56,830 nt of DNA, from the IMG/VR virus record IMGVR_UViG_3300025327_000035, positions 1 through 56,830 of that record. One strand, 5' to 3'. Both the position numbers and the translations under genes were made by a program. Under the pieces are notes generated by a model. That model searched no databases. It was not told the DNA's origin and was given only the letters and a program-made list of their open reading frames with translations. The DNA is from a virus (taxonomy: Duplodnaviria > Caudoviricetes). Shown here piece after piece: positions 26,018 to 35,291 of this stretch (its first letter is position 1; each line of letters opens with the position of its first letter).

Positions 26018-26983
26018 GTGAAAACGATTTCCGCTGTTTTTCTGCTCGTGGCGCTCGTGCTCACCGGCTGTGTATCGGCCGAAGACCAAATCGCGTTGAT
26101 CAACGCGCGCCGCGCCGATGAGCAGAAACGCATCGATCAAGCGGCATACGAGACCATTGCGCCGGCGCTGGCGCAACTCGACCTGGAGGCGCAGCAGGCT
26201 GAGCAGGACCTGCGCATCGCGCAGGAGCGCCAAGTCAGCGTCGAGGAGCACGAGACACGCATGACGCAGATCTTGGCTGAGCGGACTGCGCTGATCGCAG
26301 GCATCCAAGTCGACGTGGCCGGCAAGGTGAACCGGCTCAACGCTGACTACGAGCGCCAAATCGCGCAGATTCGCCAGCAGACCGACCAGGCGAATGCTGA
26401 AGGATGGGGGAAGGTACTCATCATCGGCGGATTCTCGGCCTCGGTCACGCTGCTAATGCTTGCTCTGGTCTTTCTGATCAAGGCACAGGGCCAGGCCTAT
26501 GTGTTGAGGACTCAGACCGAGGCGCGCAGGCTGCAGGCGGACGCGAATGGCAAGTACGGTCTGGTGGCCGTCGATCAGGATACGTTTTTCGACGCCGACA
26601 TGCGTACCGGTGCGGTGACCTCATTTGATCGTATACCCTGGGCGATCAAGTTGGCGCTGTTGTGGATGGCTTGGAAGAGTGGCAAGCTCGACCTCGATCA
26701 GTGGCGCGAGGTTACACGCACGCGAGCTAGCTTCACCGACGACGATCTTAGCGAAGAAAGCCGGCTGGCCATCTATCAGGCCAATAAGGCGCATCAGATC
26801 GTCGCCGCCGCGACGAAGCCCGGAGCACAAGCGAATGACAAGATCGCTGGCGCGGTCCAGGGCCGTGTCGCCGGCGCGGTGAGCGGCCTGTTCGGCGGCG
26901 CATCGCAGGCGCTGCGCCTGATACGGACCGATGACCCGCTCGAGCTGGAATGGGTGCAGAAACATCTGCGCAATGGAGAATAG
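26018..26983 (+). CDS. Putative lipoprotein with coiled coil and transmembrane helix
   Basis: Lipobox LTGC after a hydrophobic leader; ~110-aa coiled coil; TM segment VLIIGGFSASVTLLMLALVFLI. Confidence 0.75.
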   Translation: MKTISAVFLLVALVLTGCVSAEDQIALINARRADEQKRIDQAAYETIAPALAQLDLEAQQAEQDLRIAQERQVSVEEHETRMTQILAERTALIAGIQVDVAGKVNRLNADYERQIAQIRQQTDQANAEGWGKVLIIGGFSASVTLLMLALVFLIKAQGQAYVLRTQTEARRLQADANGKYGLVAVDQDTFFDADMRTGAVTSFDRIPWAIKLALLWMAWKSGKLDLDQWREVTRTRASFTDDDLSEESRLAIYQANKAHQIVAAATKPGAQANDKIAGAVQGRVAGAVSGLFGGASQALRLIRTDDPLELEWVQKHLRNGE

Positions 26984-26985
26984 CC

Positions 26986-27198
26986 ATGAACAAAAGCCTC
27001 ACTGTGGTTTCATCTCATGGAACAGAGATTGTTTTTGACTTGGATAATGGCATGAAGTGGTCACGCGGGGAGGATGGTCGCGTCACCATCGAAAACCTCG
27101 ATGGCCTGATTGCCATTGTCCCGATCGACTGGTGCGTGACCGGTATCGAGCGCAGTAAGCTCACCGTAATATCTCCCGATGGCGAGGAGCGGCAATGA
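26986..27198 (+). CDS. Small hypothetical protein
   Basis: GGAG RBS; ATGA overlap with the next gene. Confidence 0.55.
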   Translation: MNKSLTVVSSHGTEIVFDLDNGMKWSRGEDGRVTIENLDGLIAIVPIDWCVTGIERSKLTVISPDGEERQ

Positions 27199-28025
27199 GA
27201 CGATGTTTGATTCTCGTCTTGCTGGGCTTGGCATTCATTGTGCCAGCGGCTCATGCGCAGGATCCAAGCCCGACGCTCGACCCAGTTGCCCAGGCCGAGG
27301 CATTGCAGGCCCAGGCCGATCGCGCGCTGTCCGAGGCGCAGGCCGCGGCCGGCCAGGCGTCTTCGTTGCGCGCCCAGGCAGCGCAGGCGGACGCGCGCGC
27401 GGCCCAGGCGCGTTCCGCTGCGCAATTGGCGCTGGCCGAAGCCGAGCGCTTGCGCCTCGTCGGCGCGCTGAGCGAAGCCCAGGCAGCCATCGAGCAAGCG
27501 CGACTGGCCGAGCAGCAGGCCGCGCAGATCGAGGTCGAGGCTGCTCAGGCCCGGGCGCTGTACGACGAGGCTTACATGCGCGCGCTTGGCGCGATCGCCA
27601 ATGCCGAAGAGGCAATGAAGAGCGCCGGGATCTCCGTGGCAAACGTCGAAGCGCTTCGCGCTCAACTTGCCGCGATGCAGAGCGATCTGCGTGTGGCCGA
27701 AGAGCGATCGCGCATCCTGGCAATCGCCGGCGCCGGCCTGTTCGCGCTGGTGGCACTCAGCGCGCTCGCGGCATTGCAGATCATGCGCCATCAGCGTCGA
27801 ATGATCATCGGAAGCGTCGACGTCGCCGTGCGGTCGCTGTCCCGCGAGCGGGCGCAGGTCACGGAGATGCTTATGCACATGCTGGCCAGCATCGGCGGCA
27901 AAGACGGAGAGACGATCATCGATCACGGCGCGCCGGCGCTCGACGGGGACGATCTATTCATCCGGCGCTACGCCGATGCGCCGGAGCACATCGTCGAAGG
28001 CTTGAAAGATTTATTCCATGACTAA
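27195..28025 (+). CDS. Signal-peptide / coiled-coil / TM membrane protein
   Basis: Leader ending AHA-Q; Ala/Gln-rich coiled coil; TM segment ILAIAGAGLFALVALSALAAL. Confidence 0.75.
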   Translation: MRRCLILVLLGLAFIVPAAHAQDPSPTLDPVAQAEALQAQADRALSEAQAAAGQASSLRAQAAQADARAAQARSAAQLALAEAERLRLVGALSEAQAAIEQARLAEQQAAQIEVEAAQARALYDEAYMRALGAIANAEEAMKSAGISVANVEALRAQLAAMQSDLRVAEERSRILAIAGAGLFALVALSALAALQIMRHQRRMIIGSVDVAVRSLSRERAQVTEMLMHMLASIGGKDGETIIDHGAPALDGDDLFIRRYADAPEHIVEGLKDLFHD

Positions 28026-29565
28026 CACCGCATTGGCGGTTATATCCGACGCGGACATCTTCAAGGCCGCCAGCCGGCTTGCTCGTGGCCTGGAGAGCCA
28101 TCCCTCGCTGCGCCACGATAACGGCGACGGCTCGATCTTTCGCGTGACGATTATGCAGGATGTCACGCTGATCGCCAATCGCTATCTGCTCGTGCCGGTC
28201 GACCTGAATCGCCTGTGGCACTTCGACAAGAGCCGTCTGCGCCGGCCCCGACTGCTGGAGCACCTGGAGATCGAGGTTGGAATGCCTGTCAGGTATATCG
28301 CATCCGATCGGGGCTTCTTCTATGTACTCGAGTGGAACTCCGGGCGCGGGAATGGCGCGCCGGCCCGGGCCATAGCGCTGCCGGGGATGGTGGCACTGCC
28401 GTCTGTCGAGCGCGATCGGTTCGCGCTGGGCGTTGCCGATCACGGGCCGCTGCTTGCCGAGCGCCGCGAGCTGCGTGGTGTGGTCGTCGGCGGCGGGCCT
28501 CGCACGGGCAAGACGAGCCTGCTGCGCTCGCTGGCTTACCAGGCTGTGAGCAATGGCTGGATATTGTATCTGGCAGATAAGCCGCTCGGAAACACGTTCA
28601 TGCCGGCGCTGTGGTCGCGTGTGCCGAGCGTCGCAGGCATTGCCACGAATGGATCTGAAATCGATGAGCTGCTCACGGACATTGACGATCAGTGCAGCCG
28701 GCGCGCTGCGCTGTTCGCTGAGGCGGCGCGCAATTACATTCCACCCGAAGACCTGGAGCAGTTCAACGAATGGACCGGCTCGCGCTTGCCGCCGATCCTG
28801 TTCGCGGCTGACGAGTTCAATACGTTCAGCCACTACATCTCGATGGAGCGGTTCGCCGACATCGCGCGCCGCAATCAGAAATACGGGTTGATGATTGTCA
28901 TCGCTGCGCACGAGTGGAAGAGCGACGCCATCAGCAAGTCGCTTTCCGAACTTCTGGAGACGCGCATCTGCTTCCACATGGCGAGCCGTGAGGCAATCCG
29001 CGCGGTGATGCCGTTTGTCAGCCCGGCGCAGGTGGCACAGCTCGGCCGTATCGCCGAGCAGGGCAGGGTGGCGATCAATCTGATGGGTCATCACTCGCTG
29101 ATGCAGGCTTACTATCTCGATCCGGAGCGGCTGTCGGCGATGGCCGTGAGCCAGGCCGTCGAGAAGCCGCGTGTGACGCTCACAACGAATGAGCAGGAGA
29201 TCGCCCGCGCGGCGATCGAGGAACTGGACGGTTACTTCTCCATTGAAAAGCTGGCCGCGCTCGGCATCAGCCGGCGCCAGATTGTCAAAGCGTCGAAGGC
29301 GTGGGCAGACCGGGGCTGGCTTGGACCGGTGACGGACAGGGGACGAGCTTTGACAGATCGCTTCGCCGATGATACCGGCCTGGAGCAGGGTAGGCCCCAA
29401 GAGGCCCCAGGGCGATCAGACCGATCAGACGATCAGGGCGATCAGACCGATCAGGCCCCCGAAACATTGGGCTTTGCCGGCAGAGCGACGGAGCGCGACA
29501 TCGCGTTCGCGGAGGGTCTGATCGCCCGCAGAGGGGGTCTGAACGCCGGTCTGACCGGGGTCTGA
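28018..29565 (+). CDS. FtsK/SpoIIIE-family DNA translocase with a C-terminal winged-helix-like domain
   Basis: Walker A GGPRTGKT; ILFAADEF Walker B; ARRNQKYGL; TRICF; GISRRQIVKASKAWADRGWL. Confidence 0.8.
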   Translation: MTNTALAVISDADIFKAASRLARGLESHPSLRHDNGDGSIFRVTIMQDVTLIANRYLLVPVDLNRLWHFDKSRLRRPRLLEHLEIEVGMPVRYIASDRGFFYVLEWNSGRGNGAPARAIALPGMVALPSVERDRFALGVADHGPLLAERRELRGVVVGGGPRTGKTSLLRSLAYQAVSNGWILYLADKPLGNTFMPALWSRVPSVAGIATNGSEIDELLTDIDDQCSRRAALFAEAARNYIPPEDLEQFNEWTGSRLPPILFAADEFNTFSHYISMERFADIARRNQKYGLMIVIAAHEWKSDAISKSLSELLETRICFHMASREAIRAVMPFVSPAQVAQLGRIAEQGRVAINLMGHHSLMQAYYLDPERLSAMAVSQAVEKPRVTLTTNEQEIARAAIEELDGYFSIEKLAALGISRRQIVKASKAWADRGWLGPVTDRGRALTDRFADDTGLEQGRPQEAPGRSDRSDDQGDQTDQAPETLGFAGRATERDIAFAEGLIARRGGLNAGLTGV

Positions 29566-29580
29566 CCGCCCCGATCAGAC
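29413..29580. repeat. Cluster of ten 7-9 bp repeats (CGnTCAGAC) in both orientations
   Basis: CGATCAG at 29413, 29422, 29430, 29439, 29448 and 29572; inverted GTCTGAnCG at 29516, 29537, 29549 and 29560. Confidence 0.85.
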
Positions 29581-29679
29581 CAGGGGATTACACATGAAAG
29601 CTGTCATGGCGATCGCCTTGATCATGGAGAACAAGGCAAAGGCGGTGCTGGCGGTGATTGACGCGGAGCGGCCGCCGGC

Positions 29680-30021
29680 ATGCGAGTGCGGGAGGTGCTC
29701 GTGAGCGACAGAGAACAGCGATACATCGTGACCTCGCGCGATTTCAGTGGCGGCGTCACCATCTGGTACGTGAAGGATTCGCGCGTCGTCGCCGGCGGCG
29801 AGCCAGCTATCGTCGCACGTTGCAATAATGAATCAGACGCGCGGCTGGTGCGGGACGCGCTGAATGCTCCCGCCGATGCCGAGGCGTTCCTGCGGCACTG
29901 GCTGCGCGAGCGGATGCAGGCCGATGGGGCGCTGGTGGAGATGGCGATACGCGATTTCCGGGAGTGGCAGAGATCCCGGATTTCGGGAGTCTCATCAGGC
30001 CCCAAAAGTGCCCCCGGTTAA
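29680..30021 (+). CDS. Hypothetical protein
   Basis: GGAGG RBS before GTG 29701, the likely start. Confidence 0.5.
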   Translation: MRVREVLVSDREQRYIVTSRDFSGGVTIWYVKDSRVVAGGEPAIVARCNNESDARLVRDALNAPADAEAFLRHWLRERMQADGALVEMAIRDFREWQRSRISGVSSGPKSAPG

Positions 30022-30060
30022 ACGGAGAAGCCCGTCACGATTCGTGACAGAGGTCGAACG

Positions 30061-30531
30061 ATGCCTGATACGTTTCCGCCCAAATTTGGAGGAAAATTCA
30101 AATTCTATCGCACGCGCGATCTGGCCCGATTTCTGACGAGGCTTCACGAGCGGGAAAGGCTTTCGTGGCGCGACATCGCTCAAGAGAAATTCGGTAATGG
30201 GATACCGCCTGGCACGCTATGCCGAATCGCAAAAGGCGACTATGATCCGAGACACAACAGCATTCGAGAGAAGCTTGGCTTGCCAAAAACGATCAGGCTC
30301 GTGGTGTTGAATGGTCATATCCGCGAAGGCGCGGTTGTTCTGGGTCATTCGCGTCGGTGTGCCTGGCGGCGATGTCGTGTGCACTTCGTCGGCGACGCAA
30401 GCCGGCGATACTGCTCGGATGAATGCGGTCGCCAGGCTCACGCTGATCAGCGGAAGCGATCAGCAAAAGAGCGCCGCGAGCGGGCGCGCCGGCTGGTGGC
30501 TCGCAAGCGGAACGAAAAGCGGAGGAAATGA
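30061..30531 (+). CDS. HTH + zinc-finger DNA-binding protein
   Basis: LSWRDIAQEKFGNGIPPGTLCRIAKG; CAWRRC...YCSDEC; basic tail. Confidence 0.65.
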   Translation: MPDTFPPKFGGKFKFYRTRDLARFLTRLHERERLSWRDIAQEKFGNGIPPGTLCRIAKGDYDPRHNSIREKLGLPKTIRLVVLNGHIREGAVVLGHSRRCAWRRCRVHFVGDASRRYCSDECGRQAHADQRKRSAKERRERARRLVARKRNEKRRK

Positions 30532-30532
30532 C

Positions 30533-32203
30533 ATGCTCAAAATATCCGATCGCCTTTCGCTTCCTGTCGAAGCGATCACCCAAACGTTTGGCATTCTGGC
30601 CGTGCGTGGCGCCGGCAAGTCTAATCTGGCCGCCGTGATGGCTGAGGAGATGTTCGATGCTCGTCTGCCATTCGTGGTCATCGATCCGGTCGGCGCATGG
30701 TGGGGCCTGCGCTCGTCAGGCGATGGCCGTTCTGCCGGCATCCCGGTTCCGATCTTCGGCGGCCGGCATGGGGATGTGCCGCTTGAACGCGCAGGCGGGA
30801 ACCTGATCGCGGATCTCGTCGTCGAGCATCGGCTTAGTTGCGTTCTGGACGTCAGTGAGCTAAGCGAAGGCGACAAGGTGCGTTTCTTGTGCGACTTCGC
30901 CGAGCGTCTCTATCGGCGCAACACAGAGCCGTTACATCTCTTCTTGGAGGAGGCCGACGATTATGCTCCGCAGCGTCCCATGCGCGAGCAGGCGAGACTA
31001 TTACGCGCCTGGGAAAACATCGTGCGCCGTGGCCGGGCGCGCGGCCTGGGCATCACGATGGTCACACAGCGGAGCGCCGCATTAAACAAGAATGTGCTCA
31101 CGCAGATCGAGACGCTATTCGTGCTGCGCACCACGTCACCGCAAGACCGTAAGGCGATTGCGGCTTGGGTTGAATACTACGATCAGAGCCGTGACGTGCT
31201 CGAATCGCTTCCCAGCCTGATGAACGGCGAGGCGTGGGTTTGGTCGCCGTACTTTCTCAAGACGATCAAGCGAGTCCATATTCGCCGCCGTCGCACATTC
31301 GACAGCGCTGCAACGCCGAAGCAGATACGCGGTGGTCGAAAGCCCGCGACGCTGGCGGACGTCGACCTGGCTGCTATCGGCGAACGAATGCAGGATACAA
31401 TCGAGCGCGCGAAGGAAATCGATCCGACGGAGCTTCAAAAGCGCATCGCCGATCTAGAGCGCCGATTACGCGCACAGCCGAAGCCAGAAATTGAGCGCGT
31501 GGTTGATCGAATCGAGATTCCAATTTTCAAGGACAGCGAGGTGGCACGGCTCGAAAAGGCCGTTGCCGGCATCCAGGAATTCGGCGCGCAATTGGTGAAT
31601 GTGGCGCAGGAAATCAGCGGCGCGCTGCGGGCGGTGACGACCAGGCCAATGCCTGCACCTGTGAATCCGGTTTGGGTGCGTCCCGTGGTTTCCCCTGCCC
31701 CACGTGCGGCCAGGACGGAAGCAGCTGAGGCAGATGTCAAGCTGCCAAAGGCGGAACGATCGATCTTATCTGTGCTGGCACAGTATTATCCGCAAGGACG
31801 AAACAAGACGCAGCTCGCGATCCTGGCCGGCTACTCTGTGAAGGGTGGGGGATTCAACAATGCGATCGGCGCGTTGCGCTCCTATGGATTCATTCGCGGT
31901 GGCAAAGAGCACATCGAGATCACAGACGCCGGTCTGTCTGCAATCGGCAGCGATTGGGAGCTACTGCCGACCGGTCGGGTACTGATCGATTATTGGCTGC
32001 GTGAGTTGCCGAAGGCCGAGCGGTCGATCCTGAGTGTGCTGGTGGACGCATATCCGAATGCAGTCGAGAAGACCGCGCTTGCCGAGGCGGCCGGCTATCA
32101 GGTCGGAGGCGGTGGATTCAACAATGCGCTTGGCAAGCTGCGCACGCTCGAGTTGGCGAGAGGACGAAATGAGATCCGGGCGAGTGATGCGCTGTTTGAA
32201 TGA
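30533..32203 (+). CDS. HerA/DUF87-like ATPase with tandem C-terminal winged-helix repeats
   Basis: GILAVRGAGKS, VIDPVGAW, LFLEEAD, RRGRARG, TQRSA; LPKAERSILSVL...GGGFNNA occurs twice. Confidence 0.85.
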   Translation: MLKISDRLSLPVEAITQTFGILAVRGAGKSNLAAVMAEEMFDARLPFVVIDPVGAWWGLRSSGDGRSAGIPVPIFGGRHGDVPLERAGGNLIADLVVEHRLSCVLDVSELSEGDKVRFLCDFAERLYRRNTEPLHLFLEEADDYAPQRPMREQARLLRAWENIVRRGRARGLGITMVTQRSAALNKNVLTQIETLFVLRTTSPQDRKAIAAWVEYYDQSRDVLESLPSLMNGEAWVWSPYFLKTIKRVHIRRRRTFDSAATPKQIRGGRKPATLADVDLAAIGERMQDTIERAKEIDPTELQKRIADLERRLRAQPKPEIERVVDRIEIPIFKDSEVARLEKAVAGIQEFGAQLVNVAQEISGALRAVTTRPMPAPVNPVWVRPVVSPAPRAARTEAAEADVKLPKAERSILSVLAQYYPQGRNKTQLAILAGYSVKGGGFNNAIGALRSYGFIRGGKEHIEITDAGLSAIGSDWELLPTGRVLIDYWLRELPKAERSILSVLVDAYPNAVEKTALAEAAGYQVGGGGFNNALGKLRTLELARGRNEIRASDALFE

Positions 32204-32373
32204 GGGCGGCTCAATGCCTGTCGAGAATGCAATCGTGGTAAGCGGGATAGAACCCCGACCACATAACTAGCGACAAGGCCACTTATCGTTAGTGCGGTAT
32301 AGGTCCTTACACGCTACCGGGAACCTCTCATAAAAAAGATTATGTTCAATACTTGCTTAGCCGCTGATAGTAT

Positions 32374-32607
32374 ATGCGCGATTTTCCCCCTGCCCCGCCT
32401 GGCCTGACCCATTACTGGTACTGGCGCATCCGCAAATGGCACCCTGAGCGCTTCGGCCAGCCGTGCCGCATCCTGGCGCGCGGCAAGCTGAACACCGTCC
32501 TCGTTGAATTCGAGGACGGCTACCGAATGACCACGAGCCGATGGTTCGTGCGGCGCATGACTCCAGGCGCGGCCCAGCCCGTGCGGGCTGCGTTCGGCGA
32601 GAAGTAG
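32374..32607 (+). CDS. Small phage hypothetical protein (SH3-like?)
   Basis: ERFGQPCRILARGKLNTVLVEFEDG. Confidence 0.6.
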   Translation: MRDFPPAPPGLTHYWYWRIRKWHPERFGQPCRILARGKLNTVLVEFEDGYRMTTSRWFVRRMTPGAAQPVRAAFGEK

Positions 32608-32626
32608 AACGCGCGTGCAGGGGCTG

Positions 32627-32655
32627 GCCCGGCCGGAGCGCCGGGCTTTGTGTTT
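32627..32655 (+). terminator. Intrinsic terminator
   Basis: GCCCGGC-CGGAGC-GCCGGGC-TTTGTGTTT. Confidence 0.6.
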
Positions 32656-32690
32656 ACAGCGTTTTCGCTGCGGAATTTCTAACCAATTTT

Positions 32691-32732
32691 CAGGTAATTC
32701 CCTATTGACAAATAGGTAATTACCTGTATAAT
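32691..32732 (+). promoter_or_regulatory. Consensus promoter overlapped by a double operator
   Basis: TTGACA-N16-TATAAT (32705-32732); 16-bp inverted repeat 32691-32706 / 32711-32726. Confidence 0.8.
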
Positions 32733-32765
32733 AAAGGCAAGATTGAGAAAGGAAAGGAGATAGCA

Positions 32766-32984
32766 ATGAATCAAGCACAGAAATTCGATGGTAAGTATGT
32801 TGATGTTTCGGAAATCCTAGCCGCTGGCGCGGTGTGGGATGAAATCGGGAACGTCTACATGTTCCCGGATCATAGCATCGGTGGATTCACCGACATTCGC
32901 AACGGCGGCGCGGAGCGCACTGTTACCGGAGAAAAGATTTTCCATTTAGTTGGCGGCGACATTCACCCCGATTACGCTGACTGA
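32766..32984 (+). CDS. Hypothetical protein
   Basis: AAGGAG RBS right after the promoter. Confidence 0.7.
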   Translation: MNQAQKFDGKYVDVSEILAAGAVWDEIGNVYMFPDHSIGGFTDIRNGGAERTVTGEKIFHLVGGDIHPDYAD

Positions 32985-33014
32985 CCTGCTGCACCTCGGG
33001 GGCCGTGGATTGAT

Positions 33015-33389
33015 ATGACCAAGAAGCGCGTTCGACGACCAATAGTATCCGGCCTCCGCGTGAATGGCAAACCCGTTCACGCGGAGGCCGGCGTGCGCGA
33101 AGTCTGTCGCGCGCTCCAGTACGTCGCCACGACCGGCAGCGGCGCAGGCGTGGAGCCAGCGCCGCGCCAATTGCTGGAGGCCATCGGCACGGGCCAGGCG
33201 GCGGTGTTCAACATCCACGACGACTCGGCGCTGGAACTCGCGCCGGTGCTGCGACAGATGGCGCAGCGGGCTGATGCCGAAGATGACAATGATCTGGCGT
33301 CCATTCTCGCAGCGGTGGCAACCGCGCTGGAGATGGCACGAAAGCTTGCCAAGGCCGACGAAGAGCACAGGAAGCCGCGCGGGAAGTAG
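33015..33389 (+). CDS. Hypothetical protein
   Basis: Operon context, Ala-rich helical. Confidence 0.55.
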   Translation: MTKKRVRRPIVSGLRVNGKPVHAEAGVREVCRALQYVATTGSGAGVEPAPRQLLEAIGTGQAAVFNIHDDSALELAPVLRQMAQRADAEDDNDLASILAAVATALEMARKLAKADEEHRKPRGK

Positions 33390-33414
33390 CAGCGTTGCGG
33401 TGGTTGAGGATGAA

Positions 33415-33768
33415 ATGAAATTACAAGAATTTTCTTTCCTGCTCAAGGCCAAATATCCTGATGCCGAATGCTGCCGCAATCGTGAATTCGGCGGCACGCC
33501 AGTGAATAATGGTTTGGCAATCGCCTTCAAGCCTGACGGCAAGGTCTATCATTATCGCGGCTCATTCGATTCGATTGCGGTTCAGCTGAAGCTAGTATCT
33601 GTCTTCTCGGTGCGACGGGGTGGTGAAATTATCGGAGAAGCGTTCACGCACGAGGAAGCTGAAACCATTCTCGTGCGTGAGCAGGCGCGATACGCCGAGA
33701 TGGCCGCGAGATGGCCGTATAGTTGGAATCATGGCCGCGATACATTTGACATCGTGCAGACACAGTAG
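33415..33768 (+). CDS. Hypothetical protein
   Basis: GAGGA RBS before ATG 33415. Confidence 0.55.
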   Translation: MKLQEFSFLLKAKYPDAECCRNREFGGTPVNNGLAIAFKPDGKVYHYRGSFDSIAVQLKLVSVFSVRRGGEIIGEAFTHEEAETILVREQARYAEMAARWPYSWNHGRDTFDIVQTQ

Positions 33769-33817
33769 TTGTTGCGGCCCAGGCCGCCGGGAGCGCCCGT
33801 GACAGCGCGGAGAGGAA

Positions 33818-34117
33818 ATGCCAACGGCATCATGGGGAAACGGTGGTTGGGCGGATTTGGTCAATGTCGGGGATGTAAGAGTTTTGCTCATCCGCGCCGG
33901 ACGCGGGCCGTATGCGTCCAGGCAGCGTCCGGCCAGTGAGGCCGGATGGACGAAAGATGAATTGAGGGAGATCGCCGTGGAGGCGGTCGAGAAGGCAAAG
34001 TTTCTCGAATACGGCATTTTGTCCCTCTGCGTGAACTTGAGTCGGGGCTGCATTCTCAGCGGCTCAAATTCGTGGAAGACGACAGGTAGAATCGAAATCA
34101 AGTTGCCGCCAAAGTAG
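33818..34117 (+). CDS. Hypothetical protein
   Basis: GGAGAGGA RBS. Confidence 0.5.
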   Translation: MPTASWGNGGWADLVNVGDVRVLLIRAGRGPYASRQRPASEAGWTKDELREIAVEAVEKAKFLEYGILSLCVNLSRGCILSGSNSWKTTGRIEIKLPPK

Positions 34118-34143
34118 CGCGGTTTACACTCCGACCAATCCCC

Positions 34144-34177
34144 GCAGGCCACGTCGCGTATCGCGTGGCCTGCTTTT
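34144..34177 (+). terminator. Terminator between convergent genes
   Basis: GCAGGCCACG / CGTGGCCTGC stem + TTTT. Confidence 0.75.
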
Positions 34178-34190
34178 CATCCCCCCTACC

Positions 34191-35132
34191 CTACTCTTTC
34201 TCCGGCGGCAGCCACGACACCTCATTATGCCGCCGGTGTATCTCTTCCTCATAGTAGATCGCATAAAACGTCAACGTCGTCCTGACATCCTCGTGACCGA
34301 GGATCTCCTGCAGCTCGCGCGGATTCGCGCCGCGCTGGATGGCGCCGCGTGCGAAGCCGTGCCGGAAGGCGTGCGGATTGAATCGGCCCGTCACGCCAGC
34401 GCGACGCGCCAGGCGCTTGAGCACCTGGTAGATGCCGCCGGTCGTCAGCGGTCTGCCATGCACGCCGACGAAGATGAGCGGCCCGGCGTCAGTCGGCCGC
34501 TCCTCGTCGATGTAGCGCCGCAGCGCATTCGCGGCGCGCTCGGGCAGATGCACGCGCCTGGCCTTGTCGCCTTTCTCGCGCACGAGGATAACACGCGCGT
34601 CGAGGTCGACGTCGTCCACCCGCAGGCCGGCCAGGCCGCCGGCGCGGATCGCCGTGCCGGCAAGCACACAGACGATGGCGTAGTCGCGCAGCCCCCGCTT
34701 GCTTCCAGCGGGGGGCTGCGCCGCATCGAGCAGGCGCAGCAGGTCGTCGAAGCGCAGGTCTCGCGGCGGCATTTTCGGAAGCTTCGGTCGCTTGAGGCGG
34801 TGCGCGGGATTGGCGGTGATGACCCGCTCCTCGACGAGCCAGTTGAAAAAGCGCTTCCAGGCGCGCACATGCTTGTGGAGCGTGTAAACGGAGAGGCCGC
34901 CGGACTGCGCCGGGCGCGAGGGATGATCGGCGTAGCGCGTCGTGCGGTCGCGGAGTTGGGCGTAGACCAGGCGCAGATCGTCTATCGTGACCTCGCCGAC
35001 GGGCTTGTCAATTGCGCGCAGCGGGCGCAGGCACTTCTCGTAATCGGCGACAGTAGCGGGCTTCACCTCCAGGCCGACGGCAAACAGGAATCGGTCGATG
35101 GCCTGCGAGATGTGAAGAGTGTCGGCCGGCAT
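34191..35132 (-). CDS. Tyrosine recombinase / integrase (XerC/D-like)
   Basis: Catalytic R (TAIRAG), K (EKGDK), HAFRH, LGH and Y (TTLTFY); N-terminal SAM-like domain. Confidence 0.95.
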   Translation of the reverse strand: MPADTLHISQAIDRFLFAVGLEVKPATVADYEKCLRPLRAIDKPVGEVTIDDLRLVYAQLRDRTTRYADHPSRPAQSGGLSVYTLHKHVRAWKRFFNWLVEERVITANPAHRLKRPKLPKMPPRDLRFDDLLRLLDAAQPPAGSKRGLRDYAIVCVLAGTAIRAGGLAGLRVDDVDLDARVILVREKGDKARRVHLPERAANALRRYIDEERPTDAGPLIFVGVHGRPLTTGGIYQVLKRLARRAGVTGRFNPHAFRHGFARGAIQRGANPRELQEILGHEDVRTTLTFYAIYYEEEIHRRHNEVSWLPPEKE

Positions 35133-35291
35133 GAATGTAGTGTATGCGATTTGGTTAGCCGATCAGTTGGGGATTGGTGAGTTGCGATCATGTTACAGGC
35201 GGCTGTGTTTTGTCAAGGCGGTATAACAGCACGGTATGAATTTGGTCGGGGATGGTTTCGCTTGGAGCAGTTGTGCGGTAAAGTGATTGGC

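Noticed and set aside
27958-29400. 480-aa minus-strand ORF
   Set aside because: Antisense shadow of the FtsK gene; no motifs.
30311-30532. N-terminal extension of the HerA-like ORF
   Set aside because: It overlaps the HTH-zinc finger gene; the GGAGG RBS supports ATG 30533.
32235-32260. Missing tRNA 3' half (minus strand GGTCGGGGTTCTATCCCG)
   Set aside because: T loop is non-canonical and the following bases do not pair with GGCGGCG.
34227-35180. 317-aa plus-strand ORF
   Set aside because: Antisense shadow of the integrase.
35133-35290. attP adjacent to the integrase
   Set aside because: No tRNA fragment or clear core/arm repeats seen; cannot be fully excluded without junction data.
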